DNA from: Candidatus Nealsonbacteria bacterium
GTDB taxonomy: Bacteria > Patescibacteriota > Minisyncoccia > Minisyncoccales > JANBVM01
Direction of reading: 5' to 3'
Assembly: GCA_026016225.1 (NCBI GenBank)
Contig: CP061210.1
Coordinates: 450,000-513,999 of the forward strand
DNA length: 64,000 nt
Part shown: piece by piece, positions 60,874 through 64,000 of the stretch
How positions within the stretch are numbered: the stretch's first letter is position 1
Layout: every line of letters begins with the position of its first letter
The notes under the pieces: generated by a model
Databases searched by the model: none
What the model saw: only the letters and a program-made list of their open reading frames with translations
Told to the model about the DNA's origin: nothing
Made by a program: the position numbers and the translations under genes

Positions 60874-61716
60874 TTACTTGAATTTTGCAGCGTGTCCTAA
60901 CCCGAAATAAATAGTTACAGGAATCTTATATTCCTTTGATAACTGCCTAATCTTGCCTTGGGCTTTATTGTAGAACTCATAAAATTTCTTTTTATTAAAA
61001 AGCGTTTCTTGTATTTCGGATAAGAGTTTTGGATAATTTTTTTTGAGCACTTTTTCTACACCAGTCCAGTTTCCTCCAACAGTATTAAAACTTTCTGTAA
61101 AGATATACTTTACCCTCACCCTTTTAAACTCTTTAAATAGGGCTTCGGGGTTTGTGAAAACTGGCCAGTATGGACCCATCATCACCAAAACAGTTATTCC
61201 TTCCTTAGTTAGCTTTTTCACTGCTTTTAAGCGTTGTCTTATTGTTGAGGAATTTGGTTCGATGAGCTTTTTCCATTTCTCATCAAGCGTAGTAACTGTA
61301 AAGTTAACATCAACATCTTTCATTTTTTTCAACAAAGCAATATCGCGGAGCACCAAATCAGATTTTGTAAGAATACTTACTGGGTTCTTATAATCTATTA
61401 AAACTTGTAATATGCCCCTTGTAAGCTTATATTCCTTTTCAATCGGCTGATATGGGTCAGTAACGGTTCCTATAAAAATTCGTTCACCTTTATATTTAGG
61501 TGACTTTAATTGTTTTTTAAGGACATCAGCAATGTTTATGCGTGCATCTACAAAGGTTCCCCATTCTTCAGTATGGCCTGTAAATCTTTTGATAAAACGG
61601 GCATAGCAATATACGCAACTATGGCCACAACCAACATAAGGATTTATTGCTAATCCGCCTCCGGGAAAACCACACTTTCCAATCGCTGATTTGCATTGTA
61701 TTTCTCTGACTTTCAT
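60874..61716 (-). CDS. Radical SAM protein of the SplB / DNA-repair-photolyase-like family
   Basis: NPYVGCGHSCVYCYARF cluster motif. 280 aa. Confidence 0.7.
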   Translation of the reverse strand: MKVREIQCKSAIGKCGFPGGGLAINPYVGCGHSCVYCYARFIKRFTGHTEEWGTFVDARINIADVLKKQLKSPKYKGERIFIGTVTDPYQPIEKEYKLTRGILQVLIDYKNPVSILTKSDLVLRDIALLKKMKDVDVNFTVTTLDEKWKKLIEPNSSTIRQRLKAVKKLTKEGITVLVMMGPYWPVFTNPEALFKEFKRVRVKYIFTESFNTVGGNWTGVEKVLKKNYPKLLSEIQETLFNKKKFYEFYNKAQGKIRQLSKEYKIPVTIYFGLGHAAKFK

Positions 61717-61731
61717 TCTTTTATTTTACAT

Positions 61732-61826
61732 AAAAACCGCCTTCTTGGCGATTTTTTATGCCTCTCGGTCGCTCGAACCGAGCACTATTCTGCTCCGGGG
61801 AGCAGACGACGTTCGAACCTATTGGC
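61732..61826 (-). repeat. Composite S/T-type repeat
   Basis: Minus strand: CAATAGGTTCGAACGTCGTCTGCTCCCCGGAGCAGAATAGTGCTCGGTTCGAGCGACCGAGAGGCATAAAAAATCGCCAAGAAGGCGGTTTTT. Confidence 0.75.
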
Positions 61827-61904
61827 TTAATACCAAAGAATATTTTGAAATACCGGTTTTGGCTATTCCTTAATCTGCTCATTCGCTACTCGCTATTTCT
61901 TGAT

Positions 61905-61918
61905 GCCCAGCGATGGGC
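61905..61918. terminator. Hairpin GCCCAGCGATGGGC (copy 2 of 3 identical)
   Basis: gatGCCCAGCGATGGGCtttttgttgg. Confidence 0.5.
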
Positions 61919-61952
61919 TTTTTGTTGGCTTCATTAGTACAAAGTTAAGAAA

Positions 61953-63134
61953 CTATTTTGAGTAAACAGGTTGAAAGGCTTCTTCTGTGTAAACATTTGA
62001 TGAGCTCCACAGCATAAAACCCCTAAAATTGTCTTTGGTGGCATCGTAAACCGCTTTAATCTCAGACCTTACCATTTCAGCATCATAAATGGCTCCTAAA
62101 CTAAAATCCTGAAGCCAGGGACGTAATTGAACGTTTCTTTTTTTTATTTGGTTATAGGCTGATAATCTCCTTAAAGCACTCTCCATCGAATATTTTACCA
62201 CTTCATAAGGATAATCGGCTGGGTTTTGATAGCCTAAAAATCCCTCGGCGTAGTGAGAAGGATAAATCATTGGACATACATAATCAAAATATTCAAAAGC
62301 ATCTTCAATTATTTGACCTACCCCCAAATCATTATAACTAACGGTAGATAATCCAAAAAAGTCAATCGATAACTTAACATCAGGAAGCTCTTGTCGAAGC
62401 TGTTTAAAAAACTCCTTGATGATTAAATGTTTTGAAATACTTTCATTCCAAAAAGAAAAACTCATATCTTTTAAATCGCCGTCCGAAGGAAATCTAACAT
62501 AATCAAAATTTATTTCATCAAATCCTTGTTTTAGAGTATCTTTGGCAATAGCAATATTGTAATCCCAACTTTCTTTTGCGGCAGGATCAATCCAGGCTAA
62601 TCCCGATTTATCAAGCCAGAGAGAAGATAGAGAAAGAGGTGCAAAAGCTAATTTAGATTTACTATGAACTGCTAAATCCGGCCTAGCTTCAGCTAATCTT
62701 GGGTCTTGAAAGATAGTGATTCTGGCAATTACATAAATTCCTTCTTCATGAAGTCTTTGGATAAGAGAACCAATATCTTTAATTCTGATACTTTTTGCAT
62801 TATATTTCTCCACCTTTGGCACTTTTGTATCATAGTCCACATATCCAGACCAATCCTTAATGTCAATTACGACGCTGTTAATTTCTGTATTCTTTGCAAT
62901 ATCAATTACATGATTAATGTAATCTTCTTTGGTTGCTGACCAACTTGTTACATAGATGGCTTTTACTACTTCCGGTGGCTGAAAAGGTGGTTTTGGAGTT
63001 TCAGAAATAACACTGGTGTCCTGACCTAGTTTTACTGCTGATTTTTGAAAGAGAATAAAAAATATCCCGATTATTGTCAGGGTTACCACAATTAAAAGAA
63101 TTATTATGTAAGGCTTGGCTAATTTCATAATCAA
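61953..63134 (-). CDS. Membrane-anchored putative glycoside hydrolase (DUF4015-like TIM barrel)
   Basis: N-terminal TM helix. VKAIYVTSWSA...INSVVIDIKDWSGYV and DEINFDYVRFP motifs. Confidence 0.6.
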   Translation of the reverse strand: MIMKLAKPYIIILLIVVTLTIIGIFFILFQKSAVKLGQDTSVISETPKPPFQPPEVVKAIYVTSWSATKEDYINHVIDIAKNTEINSVVIDIKDWSGYVDYDTKVPKVEKYNAKSIRIKDIGSLIQRLHEEGIYVIARITIFQDPRLAEARPDLAVHSKSKLAFAPLSLSSLWLDKSGLAWIDPAAKESWDYNIAIAKDTLKQGFDEINFDYVRFPSDGDLKDMSFSFWNESISKHLIIKEFFKQLRQELPDVKLSIDFFGLSTVSYNDLGVGQIIEDAFEYFDYVCPMIYPSHYAEGFLGYQNPADYPYEVVKYSMESALRRLSAYNQIKKRNVQLRPWLQDFSLGAIYDAEMVRSEIKAVYDATKDNFRGFMLWSSSNVYTEEAFQPVYSK

Positions 63135-63213
63135 AAATAGCTACCTATAACTGGTCTCAACAGAAAAAAGTTAATTACTTTATTATACATTTTAAACAGA
63201 AAATAAAAAAATT

Positions 63214-63227
63214 GCCCAGCGATGGGC
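63214..63227. terminator. Hairpin GCCCAGCGATGGGC (copy 3 of 3 identical)
   Basis: aaaaaaattGCCCAGCGATGGGCttttttgtttg. Confidence 0.6.
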
Positions 63228-63249
63228 TTTTTTGTTTGTTTAAATAAAA

Positions 63250-63370
63250 TAAAACAGGGTTAAAAACCCTGTTTTCGCTGCTGAGGTCCGGCGGTAGGAC
63301 TCGAACCCGTCTCGGTCTCTCGAACCGAGCACTAGCCTGCTCCCCAATAGGACTCGAACCCCTACGGGTT
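63250..63370 (-). repeat. T-type repeat with two tandem T-loop-like units
   Basis: Minus strand: GTAGGGGTTCGAGTCCTATTGGGGAGCAGGCTAGTGCTCGGTTCGAGAGACCGAGACGGGTTCGAGTCCTACCGCCGGACCTCAGCAGCGAAAACAGGGTTTTTAACCCTGTTTT. Confidence 0.75.
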
Positions 63371-63601
63371 GATTCTTAGTTAAAAATCAAAGTTGACACC
63401 ATTTTTTGCAATTAATTCTTCGACTTTTTGTTTTCAATAGAATTTTAAAAAAATCAGAAATGTTTTTAATCAACCTCGGGTGTTGAGTAATTTTTGGAGA
63501 GTTTTCTTATTTATTTTTTCTAAAGAGGGGCTGAAAAACCGCTGCCGGAATTTTAGTTTTCTAATTTTATTTTACCTAATTGGCCTTTAGATAGATTGTT
63601 T

Positions 63602-63916
63602 TCATCTTGCTAACTTATTTAATTCTACCTGAAATATTATCATAGCCACTGGAGGTAGAAAAAAATACAGCAAGAACCACAATATTCCTTTATTGTCTTT
63701 TTTAACATAGGTGGAGAATCCATCAGCATATTTATACCAGAAGTAAAAATTAGCTATAGGTATGATGAGTAAAAATGCGGTTGGTATATCCGCTCCTAAT
63801 CTATTTATTTCGTTTTTTGTCTTCACGGCCCAATAAATGGCATATAGGCCAAATGTAATAATGCTAAATATTATCACGAATGCAGGATTTCTTTTTTTTA
63901 TCTTTATACCATTCAT
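63602..63916 (-). CDS. DUF4234-like small membrane protein
   Basis: RNPAFVIIFSIITFGLYAIYWAVKTKNEINRLG pattern. 104 aa. Confidence 0.65.
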   Translation of the reverse strand: MNGIKIKKRNPAFVIIFSIITFGLYAIYWAVKTKNEINRLGADIPTAFLLIIPIANFYFWYKYADGFSTYVKKDNKGILWFLLYFFLPPVAMIIFQVELNKLAR

Positions 63917-64000
63917 AATTTTGCTATCTCTTTTTTAATATTTAATTTTCGACCTTTGCTCCTACTTTTAATTTTAACACTAAAGTTTTGTTAATATAAA

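Noticed and set aside
12288-63370. The recurrent intergenic repeats as a CRISPR array
   Set aside because: Spacing is irregular (0.3-3 kb) and filled by full-length genes. Copies are imperfect and mosaic. Most end in terminator hairpins. No cas genes are present.
1-64000. Alternative genetic code (UGA recoding as in some CPR lineages)
   Set aside because: TGA terminates well-defined genes with coupled downstream starts (2941..2943, 5322..5324, 7716..7718). The conserved proteins I translated need no read-through.
1-64000. Archaeal (for example DPANN) origin, suggested by TFIIB, MIPS, the HMG-CoA-synthase-like gene and the archaeal-type cytidylyltransferase
   Set aside because: bL21, EF-P, DnaB, RecR, DnaX, RmuC, MraZ, an FtsI-type PBP and MltG are bacterial hallmarks interleaved with those genes on the same contig.

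Overview
AT-rich, tightly packed bacterial sequence that uses the standard code (TGA, TAA and TAG all end well-supported genes). The gene content fits a CPR/Patescibacteria-like genome. It has bacterial hallmarks (bL21, EF-P, DnaB, RecR, DnaX, RmuC, MraZ-FtsL-FtsI, CysRS, RlmN). It also has archaeal-flavoured genes: a TFIIB/TFB homologue, an HMG-CoA-synthase-like enzyme, myo-inositol-1-phosphate synthase and an archaeal-type cytidylyltransferase. Layout: (i) 0.1-5.9 kb, an expanded AmmeMemoRadiSam operon. (ii) 6-12.3 kb, mixed housekeeping genes. (iii) 12.3-41.9 kb, a run of almost exclusively minus-strand genes ending at tRNA-Gln; it holds many orphan ORFs, several nucleotide-pool enzymes, a proteasome-like Ntn hydrolase, an R-M system and a few core genes (mltG, pyrD, rlmN, csp). 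(iv) 42-58.7 kb, a core block (dnaX, TFIIB-like, cysS, dnaB, recR, rplU, rmuC, Ca2+ export module, tRNA-Glu, dcw genes). (v) 58.9-64 kb, a second accessory-like stretch. The most unusual signal is non-coding. At least 27 co-oriented intergenic repeats resemble the 3' end of tRNA-Gln (T-loop plus acceptor strand) and most end in terminator hairpins drawn from a few recurring families. They separate almost every transcription unit in regions iii and v and are absent from the core block. Several terminators run straight into an extended -10 box placed 6-8 nt from the ATG, which implies leaderless mRNAs. No integrase, transposase, CRISPR array or rRNA was seen. All family calls rest on motifs read by eye and need HMM confirmation.
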